64,000 nucleotides of DNA from a virus: positions 64,001 to 128,000 of the IMG/VR virus record IMGVR_UViG_3300025009_000051. One strand, 5' to 3'. Each line of letters starts with the position of its first letter. Position 1 is the first letter of the stretch. Below are positions 9,263-19,227 of this stretch, one piece after another. The notes under the pieces are model-generated. The model was given only the letters and a program-made list of their open reading frames with translations. It searched no databases and was not told where the DNA came from. Both the position numbers and the translations under genes were made by a program.

Positions 9263-9526
9263 TTAGAAGATATATTCCAACAAACATTCTTCAAGCACTA
9301 CATTTATTGGTTTTTTTAGCATCCTTTCATTATAATTTGATAGTTTGGCTTTTCCATTATCTTTACCACCTTGTAAAACAATTATATATTTTTGGAGTGT
9401 TACATTCTGTTCCTTTATCAAACTTTCAACAATATCTTCCATAACTTCATCTTCGTTATGTGTGGAGGTAGTTGTAGTGCTTACCGACCGTTCATTAATA
9501 ATAATTGTAAGTTTAAATTTTTTCAT
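9263..9526 (-). CDS. Hypothetical protein
   Basis: 87-aa ORF. Confidence 0.5.
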   Translation of the reverse strand: MKKFKLTIIINERSVSTTTTSTHNEDEVMEDIVESLIKEQNVTLQKYIIVLQGGKDNGKAKLSNYNERMLKKPINVVLEECLLEYIF

Positions 9527-9687
9527 ATTAATTTTTCTTTTCTACTTCTATTGTAAATAAATTTGGCTAATTCTTCCGGTGCAGCTGTATCTACCAACGC
9601 AAATATTCCGAACCATTCACTATCCCATATATTTGAACTAATGTTTTTAAACCCAATTTGCAATAAAATTTCTTGTGTTTCTTTCAT
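9523..9687 (-). CDS. Small hypothetical protein (54 aa; not in the ORF track)
   Basis: MKETQEILLQIGFKNISSNIWDSEWFGIF...; ATGA overlap with the next gene. Confidence 0.45.
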   Translation of the reverse strand: MKETQEILLQIGFKNISSNIWDSEWFGIFALVDTAAPEELAKFIYNRSRKEKLI

Positions 9688-9725
9688 AATTTTTTTGTAA
9701 TATGTTTATATTTCATATGTAAAAA

Positions 9726-9983
9726 TTATTCGAAGTTCTCTGCATAATAATTGCCATAGCTAACATTTTCAGTGAGTACTTCTTTAGTAACTTTGTTGAA
9801 CAAAATTAATTCATCTATATTAGATTTACATAAACATACTTTATGATTTTCAAACACAATTTCGGTCATATAAAAATCATCATATTTGAAACGACCTCTA
9901 TCAGAAGTAAATCTTACTTTTTTAGTTGTATTAATTTTTACTGAATGATTTTTATTTGTTGTATTATTCGGTAGATTACGCAA
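9726..9983 (-). pseudogene. 3' remnant of a hypothetical gene whose start was apparently lost at the junction with the tnpB fragment
   Basis: Frame is open upstream of the called start (IEENKFEELRNLP) and merges into tnpB coding sequence. Confidence 0.4.
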
Positions 9984-10767
9984 TTCTTCGAATTTGTTTT
10001 CTTCAATTTTTGAATTTTATTAGAAGTATTTTTATTATTTACAGTTTTAGTAATCGATTTTAATTTAGATAATTCTTTGTTAAAATATCTATTTTTAGAT
10101 TTAATTAATTTCCCATCAAATAATATTGGTTTTTTATTAACATTATCAATACAAGCCAATAAATTATTAACTCCCAAATCAATGCTAATAAAATTATCAT
10201 TTTTTCCTATTTGTTTATATTCATTTAAATCTTTATAAATATATTGAATTTCAAACCATTTACCATTAAAAATTGGAACAATTCTAATTTCTTTAATTTC
10301 TTTATTTTCAAATAAATTTGAATTAATATTTAATTCCAATTGTTTTAAATTGTATTTTTGCTTAAATTCTTTGCTTAAAGTTAATAATAATTTATCTTTT
10401 TTTATTCTGAAATGGGCAGGAGTAAAAATTAAAACAAAGTAATCATCTTTATTTAGGTATCTTGGTAATTTAATTTTTCTATTATAATTCCCAAGATTTC
10501 TTTTTTTTAATAAACCAAAAAATGATTTAAATGTTCTATCAACTATTTTTAAAGTTTGTTGAGCAGTTTGACTCGGCAATAATTTATAATTTTCGTTTAT
10601 TTTTGCAATATGATAATTTGATTCATATGTTAAATAATTTGAAGTTTGAAAATAATGTTGCCTAATATTATACAATGCTACATTTTAGAAATATGACTCA
10701 TTTCTTTGATAATTTCATAAGAAATATTATCGTAAAATTTTAATCTATTTTTAATTGTTTTAAACAT
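9938..10767 (-). pseudogene. tnpB: Degraded IS200/IS605-family tnpB (frameshifted and truncated)
   Basis: ATG 10767 gives MFKTIKNRL...MSHISK, then a frameshift at ~10680 into NVALYNIRQ; RuvC-I ISIDLGVNN is present, RuvC-II/III and the Zn finger are missing. Confidence 0.8.
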
Positions 10768-10820
10768 TATCTTATAATATATATAATAAATAATTCTTAT
10801 CACATATAAATATAAGATAA

Positions 10821-10851
10821 AAAAAGAAAACATATTTTATGTTTTCTTTTT
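10821..10851. repeat. Perfect 14-bp inverted repeat (hairpin) upstream of the broken tnpB
   Basis: aaaaagaaaacata-ttt-tatgttttcttttt; possible IS left-end hairpin or terminator. Confidence 0.6.
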
Positions 10852-10872
10852 AAAAAACTATGAAAAAGAAGC

Positions 10873-11310
10873 TCAATAAAAATACCCAGTAAAAATATAT
10901 AGAACAATTCCCAACAATAACCATCTCCAAACCGTAACAATATTTCTAAGCATTGCTCCATGCTTTTCTGGTTGTTTTAATTTTAAGTATAAAATAGAAT
11001 CATAATTAAACTCATCAATTCCATTCATTGGAAGTTTATTGAATAAATTAAAAGCTATATAGAATCCAGAACTAAATCTTAAAATTAAAAATCCTAATGT
11101 AGCAATTATCATGTCCACAAAATTTAATCCGGTTGTTTGATTAATTGTAAATCCAACCAATAAAATTAAAAGAAAGGTTACAAAAATATTTAACGACTTT
11201 GATAATTTCTTTGACGAAAGGTCTGTTGAATTATCATGCCATACTTGTAAATATATAGTAGCACAAAAATTCAAACCCAATGCAATAATAGCAATTAAAA
11301 ATAAATTCAT
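10873..11310 (-). CDS. Multi-pass membrane protein
   Basis: About four hydrophobic segments. Confidence 0.6.
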   Translation of the reverse strand: MNLFLIAIIALGLNFCATIYLQVWHDNSTDLSSKKLSKSLNIFVTFLLILLVGFTINQTTGLNFVDMIIATLGFLILRFSSGFYIAFNLFNKLPMNGIDEFNYDSILYLKLKQPEKHGAMLRNIVTVWRWLLLGIVLYIFTGYFY

Positions 11311-11351
11311 ATCAATTATTATTTAAGTTTGTATATAAATATAAAGTTTTT

Positions 11352-12407
11352 TTATTTTTTTAAACTCACCGAAAAAACACAATTTCTATCTTCTTTCCAA
11401 GAAAAGCTGGAATATCTAATAAAAGATAATTTTGATTTTAAATCTTGTGGATCTTTTAAAATTAAATATTTTGATTTGTCAATTAATATCATATAATTAA
11501 ATTTCGTTAAATGTTGATAATAATCAAACTGAAGAATAAGAAAATTATCTAAAAATTCTTGTCCTTTATTTTCTTTAATATCATCTATTAATTTATCAAT
11601 ATATTTGGTTAATAAAGCTTCTGAAATATCAGTATAAATCATTTTAAAAGTATGAAATAATAAATCAAAAATTTGTTCATATTCACACGCTTTTAATTTT
11701 ATTAATTTTTGAAATCTATTTATTATCCAATCAATTGTTGATTTATTAAAATTCCAGGTATTAGGATCTTCTAATTTATATTCTTCAATTAATAGTTGAT
11801 TATTGTTTAATTTATTCAATATTTCTTGTTTAAAATAATTCCAAGCTATTCTTACTGAATTATATCCATTTACATGCTTAAATCTTGAGAAGTCAGCTTT
11901 CACTTCAATATTTTCTTCATTTATTTTTAAATCTCCAATTAGACTTGATTTCTTTAATTGGGATAGCATTCCTAAAAATAATTCTCCTTTTCCAATACCA
12001 TTGTAATTATATTCAAATAATTCTTTAAAGAAATCTTCCTCATAATAAGAAGAGTAATAATTTGTAATATCTGAAATACTTGATGTGCAATTACTATTTA
12101 AATCTACTTGATATGGATATTTCTTTAATGTATTATCTACTTGAATTAAATCTTTCTTTTTATTTAATTTTAAATATTTTTTATTCAACTCAAAAATTCT
12201 AGAAGAATGCTGTTTAGAAATAAAATTATTCTCCTCCAATTGATTAACAGTAAAAGAATAAATTTCAGATGATAAAGACATATTATTAATTTCATTCAAT
12301 AGAATATGGTTAGTAATATCAATTTCTCCAAATTCTATTATATTGAAATTCTTATATTCTTTCTTTATCTTCTTTAATAAATTTTCTGATATAGATATTA
12401 GTTTCAT
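11352..12407 (-). CDS. Putative PD-(D/E)xK nuclease-like protein
   Basis: GIGKGELFL...GDLKINEENIEVK pattern. Confidence 0.45.
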   Translation of the reverse strand: MKLISISENLLKKIKKEYKNFNIIEFGEIDITNHILLNEINNMSLSSEIYSFTVNQLEENNFISKQHSSRIFELNKKYLKLNKKKDLIQVDNTLKKYPYQVDLNSNCTSSISDITNYYSSYYEEDFFKELFEYNYNGIGKGELFLGMLSQLKKSSLIGDLKINEENIEVKADFSRFKHVNGYNSVRIAWNYFKQEILNKLNNNQLLIEEYKLEDPNTWNFNKSTIDWIINRFQKLIKLKACEYEQIFDLLFHTFKMIYTDISEALLTKYIDKLIDDIKENKGQEFLDNFLILQFDYYQHLTKFNYMILIDKSKYLILKDPQDLKSKLSFIRYSSFSWKEDRNCVFSVSLKK

Positions 12408-12479
12408 GTTGAAAATATATACAAATTAAATTTAAAAAACAAGAAATTTTATATTTATAATAAAAGAAATAGAATTTTT

Positions 12480-14213
12480 ATGAAAACAATGCTTCAAGCA
12501 ATACCTTATCCAGAATATACAACGACTCAAAGAGATGCGCTTACAGGTGTTATAAATAATTTCAGAATAAATAATACGACTACCGGCACTGTTCAAAAAT
12601 ATTATAATGGAAGTTGGACAGAAGACGACGGAAATAACATTTATTCTATACCAGAAGACACTTTAGAATTTTGGGATGATAGTCAGACAGATGCAGGAAA
12701 TGAATATTTAATGATACCGAGAATTACAAGAAATCCAAATAATGGAATGTTAATTACTTGTTATGGAATATATTCTTCTCATACTACTTCTACTCAATAT
12801 TTCTTTTTAAGACAGTCAACAGATAATGGTAAGACATGGACTGGATTATATGGAACCGGAACTCAGACAAGAATTGTTACAACAGATTATGGTAGAAATT
12901 GGACTGCAATGTTTACACAGACCGGAAGATTATTGATATTTTATCAATATCGAACTTCGCCGGATGTAACAGCAACAAAATCAAAGGTATTATATACAGA
13001 TGATGTTGGATTAACTTGGTCAGAACCATATGAAATTGTAAACCCGGACATACCAGATATTATATATCAACCATATTTATTTGATAATAAAGCAATATAT
13101 AATGATTTGGGAAATTTAGTTACTCCTTATTGGGTTAGAATTTCAGAAGTCGGAAGATGTGCAGTATGTTTAGCAGAAAGCGCCGATAATGGTGAAACAT
13201 GGGATCCGGATTATTCTGTTGCATTTATTAATGATACGGGTGATATGAAAGAATTTGGAGAACAATCTATGGTTGATTGTGGAAATGGTATTTTTATAAT
13301 GATTATGAGACTTTCAGCATATGAAAATCCAGATGGAGATAATGTACCTGTTATCATGACATCAAAAGACTATGGTAGAACTTGGGCGGACGGCACAGAA
13401 ACACTCACTCAAACAAATATTAATGATAAAGATTATTTAAGCGGATATGCTTATTTAGAAGGAGTAGGTGTGACAATGGGAACAGTAGTAAATTCATGTT
13501 CGGTATTGCCTCAAATGAATATTATTGAAATAAATAACGAAAAATGGTTGACGATAGATTATTGGATTAGAAACAATGGAGTAGAAGTTCAAACCTGGAA
13601 ATTAACTTTGATTAATTTAAGAGAATTTTTATTAGATGGTGTAGATTCAATAAAAACTGATAATGAATATTTACCATATATTATTAATACTTATACTGAT
13701 AATACTGCGGGATATAAAAATGGAGGAAATGGATGTAGCGTTGTAATTAATAATGAATTATTATTAACAAATTATAATCAATCTACATCCTATAGCGAAG
13801 GAGGAACAACTGAATTATCTTATTCTTATATTAGTAGCAATATTATTAATAAAATGATGTCTGCATATTATTCAACAGGAATAAATGTAAATAAAGAAAT
13901 TACTTTTAATGCCACCGAATCAATTCTCGATTATTCAAAATCTAATAATGCTTCTATTACTCTAACTGCTGACCTTGATTTGCTAACAATAAATAATATT
14001 CCTAATCAAGGTGGAGGAGATATTTTTGTATTGCAAGATGGAACCGGAGGATGGATAATATCTGCAGTAGAAAATGAAGATTTGACTACTAAATACATAG
14101 ATGGAACTCCTCCTATAAGTGGAAGTATAAATACTGAACCAAATGGTTATTCGGTTATTAGTTTTAAAAGATTTAATTCTAATTTATTTGTTACGTATGG
14201 TAAATTTATCTAA
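12480..14213 (+). CDS. Probable receptor-binding protein with an Asp-box (BNR/sialidase-like) beta-propeller
   Basis: Four Asp-boxes (STDNGKTW, TDDVGLTW, SADNGETW, SKDYGRTW); fibre-like N- and C-terminal domains; TATATTTATA upstream. Confidence 0.7.
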   Translation: MKTMLQAIPYPEYTTTQRDALTGVINNFRINNTTTGTVQKYYNGSWTEDDGNNIYSIPEDTLEFWDDSQTDAGNEYLMIPRITRNPNNGMLITCYGIYSSHTTSTQYFFLRQSTDNGKTWTGLYGTGTQTRIVTTDYGRNWTAMFTQTGRLLIFYQYRTSPDVTATKSKVLYTDDVGLTWSEPYEIVNPDIPDIIYQPYLFDNKAIYNDLGNLVTPYWVRISEVGRCAVCLAESADNGETWDPDYSVAFINDTGDMKEFGEQSMVDCGNGIFIMIMRLSAYENPDGDNVPVIMTSKDYGRTWADGTETLTQTNINDKDYLSGYAYLEGVGVTMGTVVNSCSVLPQMNIIEINNEKWLTIDYWIRNNGVEVQTWKLTLINLREFLLDGVDSIKTDNEYLPYIINTYTDNTAGYKNGGNGCSVVINNELLLTNYNQSTSYSEGGTTELSYSYISSNIINKMMSAYYSTGINVNKEITFNATESILDYSKSNNASITLTADLDLLTINNIPNQGGGDIFVLQDGTGGWIISAVENEDLTTKYIDGTPPISGSINTEPNGYSVISFKRFNSNLFVTYGKFI

Positions 14214-14215
14214 TT

Positions 14216-15685
14216 ATGTATTATAATTTATTTTTCTCATTAAATAAAAATCAAGTAGAACCGGCTCCGCCTATACCTGTAAATACATTTTTAACTGATT
14301 TACAAGGATATTGGAAATTTGATGAAAGTAGTGGGGAGCAAGCAATGGATTCATTTGTTTATGAATATGATAGCATTTATAATAATACTTCTTCTTCAGT
14401 TGGTAAAATTAATACTGCTTTTGAATTTTCCGGGTCTTATGTTGATTTAGGAAATGTATTAGCCTTTGATTCTACAGATGCATTTTCATTTTCTGGTTGG
14501 GTAAGTGGGTCTGAATCAAGTGAAACTCAAACTATAATAGCAAATCATATTGGTTCTGGTTCATTAAGAGGATATTTCTTTTTTATTCAAGCAAATGACG
14601 AAGCAACTCCAAATAGTTTAAAATTAGTTTTAAGAAATGACGCAACAAGTGAAAATCAAATTGCGGTTGAAGGAAGCACGGTCGTTCCAGGATGGAATCA
14701 TGTTGCATTTACATATGACGGAAGTTCTACTGCAGAAGGAGTTCATCTGTATTTAAATTCCATTGAAAGTTCTTCAATTGAGTTCAATGTATTGTCTGGT
14801 TCAATAATTTCGTCTGGATCATTAAATTTCGGAATTGTGTCTGGATCCAGTTATCCGTTTAGTGGTAGTATGGATGAATTTGGAATTTGGGGTAAAGAAT
14901 TATCTGAATATGATATAGCAATTTTATATAATAGTGGAAGTGGATTTCCTTTTAGCAACTTTCAAGGAGATACTCCGGTTATAAATAATCTATTAACGAA
15001 TTTACAATCATATTGGAAATTAGACGAGGCGTCTGGAGCACAATCTTTAGATTCCCATGCCAATAATTATGATAGTGTATCTAATACGACGACAAGTGTA
15101 GCAGGTATATTAAATAATTGTGTTAATTGTGATGGCACTCAATATGTATCATACGGAAATGTGTTAGGATATGAAAGAACTCAGCCATTTTCATTTTCTT
15201 GCTGGATAAATCGAGATAATGAAACCTATTTAAATACAATAATAAGTAAAATGGAAGGAGCCGGCGATGGCCGAGGTATGTTATTAATGGCAAGAAATGT
15301 TGGAGCAGCGTTGCAACCAAATAAATTATATTTTTTATTAAGAAATACAACATCAAACTATTTGGCAATTTTTGGAAGTTTGTATGAAATAAATGCTGGG
15401 AGTTGGTATCATATAGTTGTGACATACAACGGCAATTCTTTGTCAACAGGAGTTAAAATGTATGTGAATAATCAATTAGAAGTAAATGATGTATATAATG
15501 ATAATTTATCCAATACGATTATAAATACTTCTAATTTTTGTATTGGTGCGAGACCTACTGCTACTACTCAATATCATATGGGAAAAATAGATGAAGTAGC
15601 ATTTTGGGATAGAGAATTAACTGCTGAGGAAGTAGAGTTATTATATAATAGTGGAGCAGGATTTGCTTATGAAGGGTTTAGTTAA
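14216..15685 (+). CDS. Tandem LamG/concanavalin A-like lectin protein (probable tail/virion appendage)
   Basis: Two repeats of YWKxDExSG...FSFSxW...WxHxxxTY.G...GxxDExxxW.RELxxxExxxLYNSG. Confidence 0.85.
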   Translation: MYYNLFFSLNKNQVEPAPPIPVNTFLTDLQGYWKFDESSGEQAMDSFVYEYDSIYNNTSSSVGKINTAFEFSGSYVDLGNVLAFDSTDAFSFSGWVSGSESSETQTIIANHIGSGSLRGYFFFIQANDEATPNSLKLVLRNDATSENQIAVEGSTVVPGWNHVAFTYDGSSTAEGVHLYLNSIESSSIEFNVLSGSIISSGSLNFGIVSGSSYPFSGSMDEFGIWGKELSEYDIAILYNSGSGFPFSNFQGDTPVINNLLTNLQSYWKLDEASGAQSLDSHANNYDSVSNTTTSVAGILNNCVNCDGTQYVSYGNVLGYERTQPFSFSCWINRDNETYLNTIISKMEGAGDGRGMLLMARNVGAALQPNKLYFLLRNTTSNYLAIFGSLYEINAGSWYHIVVTYNGNSLSTGVKMYVNNQLEVNDVYNDNLSNTIINTSNFCIGARPTATTQYHMGKIDEVAFWDRELTAEEVELLYNSGAGFAYEGFS

Positions 15686-15734
15686 AATAAAAAACTATTT
15701 TTTTATATTTATATTAAAGTAAGAATTAAAAAAC

Positions 15735-17354
15735 ATGAAGTCAATAATACAATCTATATCATATCCTGAATTTACAACTGCAAGTAGAAATGCTTATGTA
15801 GCTGCTACACCGCCACCGGTTAATTTCATTATAAAAAATACAGATTATAATAGATTAGAAAAATGGGATGGAACATATTGGAAAGAAGTGCATAAAACTT
15901 CATTGAAATCTGATTATGAAACACAAAGAGAATTAGCAAATGCCAATGAATTAGACTTTTATGATACAACAAAAGAAATATTAACAATTGCATCTGGAAG
16001 TTTAGGTAATGTTGAATCTTTTACTGAAGCTTATGCGAGATATAGCACAACTCATTTTGGAGACCCGCATGCAATAATTTATCTTAGAGGGCATTTATAT
16101 ATTGGAACAAGGCAAATGCCAGCAAGATTGGCAAAAATAAATGTGAGGGATTTTACTGATTCTACAATTATAACTTTTCCTGGTTCTAATGCTTTATCAT
16201 TATATTCTATTATTGAAACAATTACTTATTCAGAACATACAGATAAATTATATGTTGCATTTTCAGATCCAATAGATGATGGAAGAAAAATAAGAGTTGC
16301 TGAAATTGATCCTGTAGATTTATCATATGAAATAGTAATTGAAGAAACATCTTCAGATTATCAAGCAGGGGTTTGTAAATGTATTGCTAAGAATGATAAA
16401 TTATATGTGGTTACTGCATATGGAACAAAAAAAGTTGTAGAATATGATTTAAATAATTATACAATTTCAAATGAAATAAATATTCCGGTCACAGGAATTG
16501 AAGTTGTTTCATCTGTTGCAATTGATAGTGGTTCATTGTATTTGGCAGAAGTATATGGAGATGCAGCAGTAAAAAAATTAGATTTAGATTCTTTTACCTT
16601 TACAGATAATTACGCATTACCTACCAATGCTTTGGCGAGTAATTTAGTTGTCGTTGGAGATTATGTTTGGGCTTCTTCTTTAAATTCTTTGGATGCGGGA
16701 GCAGATACAAATAGAGGGATTTATAGATTAAATAAAAATGATTTTGCAGATTATATTCATTTATATGTTGAGGATTTAGACGATGCTTGGGGAATGTTGT
16801 ATGATGGGAAATATTTGTGGTGTCCAATGAAAGCTTCTCCTGTAAAATTGTTAAGAGTAAATCCAAATACATTAGAAATAAATTCTGTTACTCTACCAAC
16901 CGGACAAAATAAATTTAATAAATTGGCGACAGATGGAGTTTCATTATTTTTTACAACTTTTGAAAATCCTTGCAATTTAATTAAATTACAAGATACATTT
17001 AGATATGATGAAACATATTTTGCAGATTCTAATTTTGGAGTACCATTTAAAATAGATCATATTTCCGGTTCAATATATTTTGCAGGAAATTTATATGTTT
17101 CTGGTTCTAACTATTTATCTGGTTCCAACTATTTATCGGGTTCAAATTACATGGATGGAACAAACATTATTTCTGGATCTAACTATTTAAATGGTCCGCT
17201 ATATATAAACAATCAAGAATTAGATATTATAAATCCAAATAATAACGATATTATAGCATATAATTCTTCTACCCAAAAATGGGAACATACAACGGTAGAA
17301 GCCGTTACAGGATTAAGTGCGAGTTTCGTAATAGCAATGGCAGCTGCATTATAA
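15735..17354 (+). CDS. Probable receptor-binding/tail fibre protein with a beta-propeller and GSNYLS repeats
   Basis: N-terminal ~45 aa resembles the 12480 gene; propeller-like repeats (YDGKYLW, TDGVSLF); hexapeptide repeats. Confidence 0.6.
   Translation: MKSIIQSISYPEFTTASRNAYVAATPPPVNFIIKNTDYNRLEKWDGTYWKEVHKTSLKSDYETQRELANANELDFYDTTKEILTIASGSLGNVESFTEAYARYSTTHFGDPHAIIYLRGHLYIGTRQMPARLAKINVRDFTDSTIITFPGSNALSLYSIIETITYSEHTDKLYVAFSDPIDDGRKIRVAEIDPVDLSYEIVIEETSSDYQAGVCKCIAKNDKLYVVTAYGTKKVVEYDLNNYTISNEINIPVTGIEVVSSVAIDSGSLYLAEVYGDAAVKKLDLDSFTFTDNYALPTNALASNLVVVGDYVWASSLNSLDAGADTNRGIYRLNKNDFADYIHLYVEDLDDAWGMLYDGKYLWCPMKASPVKLLRVNPNTLEINSVTLPTGQNKFNKLATDGVSLFFTTFENPCNLIKLQDTFRYDETYFADSNFGVPFKIDHISGSIYFAGNLYVSGSNYLSGSNYLSGSNYMDGTNIISGSNYLNGPLYINNQELDIINPNNNDIIAYNSSTQKWEHTTVEAVTGLSASFVIAMAAAL
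17100..17195 (+). repeat. About five 18-bp coding repeats (SGSNYL)
   Basis: tctggttctaactattta tctggttccaactattta tcgggttcaaattacatg ... Confidence 0.8.
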
Positions 17355-17378
17355 AAAAAATAAAATAAAAATTAATTT

Positions 17379-18062
17379 ATGAAAATATTAGTAGGCAAAG
17401 ATATAGGTTCTTATACATTTACTCCAGCATCTGGAAACATAACTCTATCTGGTTTGGAGACAATAAACCTTGAGGATCTGGTTTTAATCACAAACGCCAC
17501 CTCCGGCAGTATTATATATAATTTTGCTTCTCCTACTCAAGGAGGGTCTATATCAAGCAATGTAATTACACTTGAAACAAATACATCTGCAATGTATTCA
17601 ACAGATAATTTACAAATTTTAGTTGAATATGGAGAACCACATATAGATTTTGATATCGGAGCAATGAAAGTATCTGATATATCTCCTTTATATAATAGAT
17701 ATACAGATGTAGAAACTCTTGTATCTGCTCAAAATTTAACAAGCTCATATGCAGATTATGGTGCTGAAATAGATATGAGAGGATACACTCATTTAGGTAT
17801 TTTTGTGGTTGTAGATGCAAACGATAGTCAAGATGCATATATGAAAGCACTTGGAAAACATACAGAAAGTGGAACAGAAGAATTTATTATAGATGGAATT
17901 GGAGAAATTGTTTTATGGGAGAGTAGTTCATTAGATTTCAATAAATATTGGGAATTTGATACAGGTGTAATTCCATACATACAATTACAAGCATATGCGA
18001 CCACAGTTGGAGTGACTCCTGGAGATCTAACAATTTATATTACTAAATATTATAGACCGTAA
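17379..18062 (+). CDS. Probable virion structural protein
   Basis: Beta-rich (SYTFTPASG...LVLITNATSGSIIYNFA); within the appendage operon. Confidence 0.5.
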   Translation: MKILVGKDIGSYTFTPASGNITLSGLETINLEDLVLITNATSGSIIYNFASPTQGGSISSNVITLETNTSAMYSTDNLQILVEYGEPHIDFDIGAMKVSDISPLYNRYTDVETLVSAQNLTSSYADYGAEIDMRGYTHLGIFVVVDANDSQDAYMKALGKHTESGTEEFIIDGIGEIVLWESSSLDFNKYWEFDTGVIPYIQLQAYATTVGVTPGDLTIYITKYYRP

Positions 18063-18064
18063 TT

Positions 18065-18731
18065 ATGGCAGGATTCATTGGAAAACCAAATTTTAAAGCT
18101 GCTTATATTGGTAATATGGGCACCGGAAATTATTTAGAAATAAATGAAAATGGAAATATAAGAGCATATGGGGATGCTATCCAATGGGATGTTATGAAAG
18201 TACCTATTACTTCAACAAAAGCGGGAGGATCAAAAGATCCTGGATTTACAGTTGCGTTTAATAGCGGCTCTTCTCAAGGAGTGTTTACTTGGTTTTTTGA
18301 CCCAGATGTAGAAGAAGAATTATATTTTCCTGTTCAATTACCTCACAATTGGGAGGAAGGAACCAATATAGAAGCCCCATGCACATTGGTTTCCTAAAAC
18401 TAACGGTGGAGCGGGTCAAGATGTCTGTTGGGAGTTGGAATATACTTGGGCCAATATAGGAGGAGTTTTTCCAGATACTCAAATAGTGTATGGAGATGTA
18501 AATAATTTATCTGAAGATTTAATTGCTGAAAAGCATTATATAACTGAAATTGGAACGTTATCAGCTATCGGAAAAACCTTTAGTTCTATGATTTTATGTA
18601 GAATTTTTAGAGATGCGACCAGTGCGAGTGGAACAGACGATTACACAGACGATGCAGGCCTAATAGAAATAGATTTTCATTATAAAATTGACAGCCTCGG
18701 TTCAGATGAAGAATACATAAAATATGAATAA
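18065..18731 (+). pseudogene. Single frameshifted beta-rich virion-type gene (track ORFs 18065-18397 and 18435-18731)
   Basis: Removing one C from CCCC at 18375-18378 gives NIEAHAHWFPKTNGGAGQDVCWELEYTW and a continuous 221-aa frame. Confidence 0.75.
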
Positions 18732-18751
18732 AAACAATTAAATAAAAATAT

Positions 18752-19093
18752 ATGTTTAATATAACAATTTCAAACCATCCTACATTTTCAGAAATTACAA
18801 GAAAGGTAGAAATATATGATCTTAAATTTGATGAAATAAATAAAAGCATTTCTATAGATTTAAAAGTGAAACATTTTATAGACGAAACTTTTATAGGGGA
18901 TTTAGATAGAACAGTTTCTCTTTTTATTAATAATTCGGCAACTTTCCTAGTTGCAGAAGGTAATCCTGTCGGAGACTATGACTACTTTGTGGGAATGGCA
19001 GAAGCGGGTGCACCTCTGAAAAGCTTAATAGAAGCAGGAGTTTCTGTAAGAGATACAGATGGTATAATAAATTCAAAATGTAATTATAGATAA
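18752..19093 (+). CDS. Hypothetical protein
   Basis: 113-aa ORF in the appendage operon. Confidence 0.55.
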   Translation: MFNITISNHPTFSEITRKVEIYDLKFDEINKSISIDLKVKHFIDETFIGDLDRTVSLFINNSATFLVAEGNPVGDYDYFVGMAEAGAPLKSLIEAGVSVRDTDGIINSKCNYR

Positions 19094-19227
19094 TGTCTAA
19101 AAAGAGTTTATATACAGGAGATACACAGTTTTTAGGATTTATAAATCAATATAGAGTTTACAATAGACTCTTATCAGCAGCAGAAATATCACAATTGTAT
19201 AATTATCAAAAAAAGAACTACGAATGA
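19093..19227 (+). pseudogene. 44-aa in-frame remnant of a LamG gene
   Basis: MSKKSLYTGDTQFLGFINQYRVYNRLLSAAEISQLYNYQKKNYE is a start followed by the terminal LamG motif. Confidence 0.7.

Noticed and set aside
10837-10846. 10-nt match (ttatgttttc) between the orphan omegaRNA guide and the hairpin upstream of the broken tnpB
   Set aside because: The match stops after 10 nt; an AT-rich 10-mer is expected by chance roughly once in a window of this size and composition.
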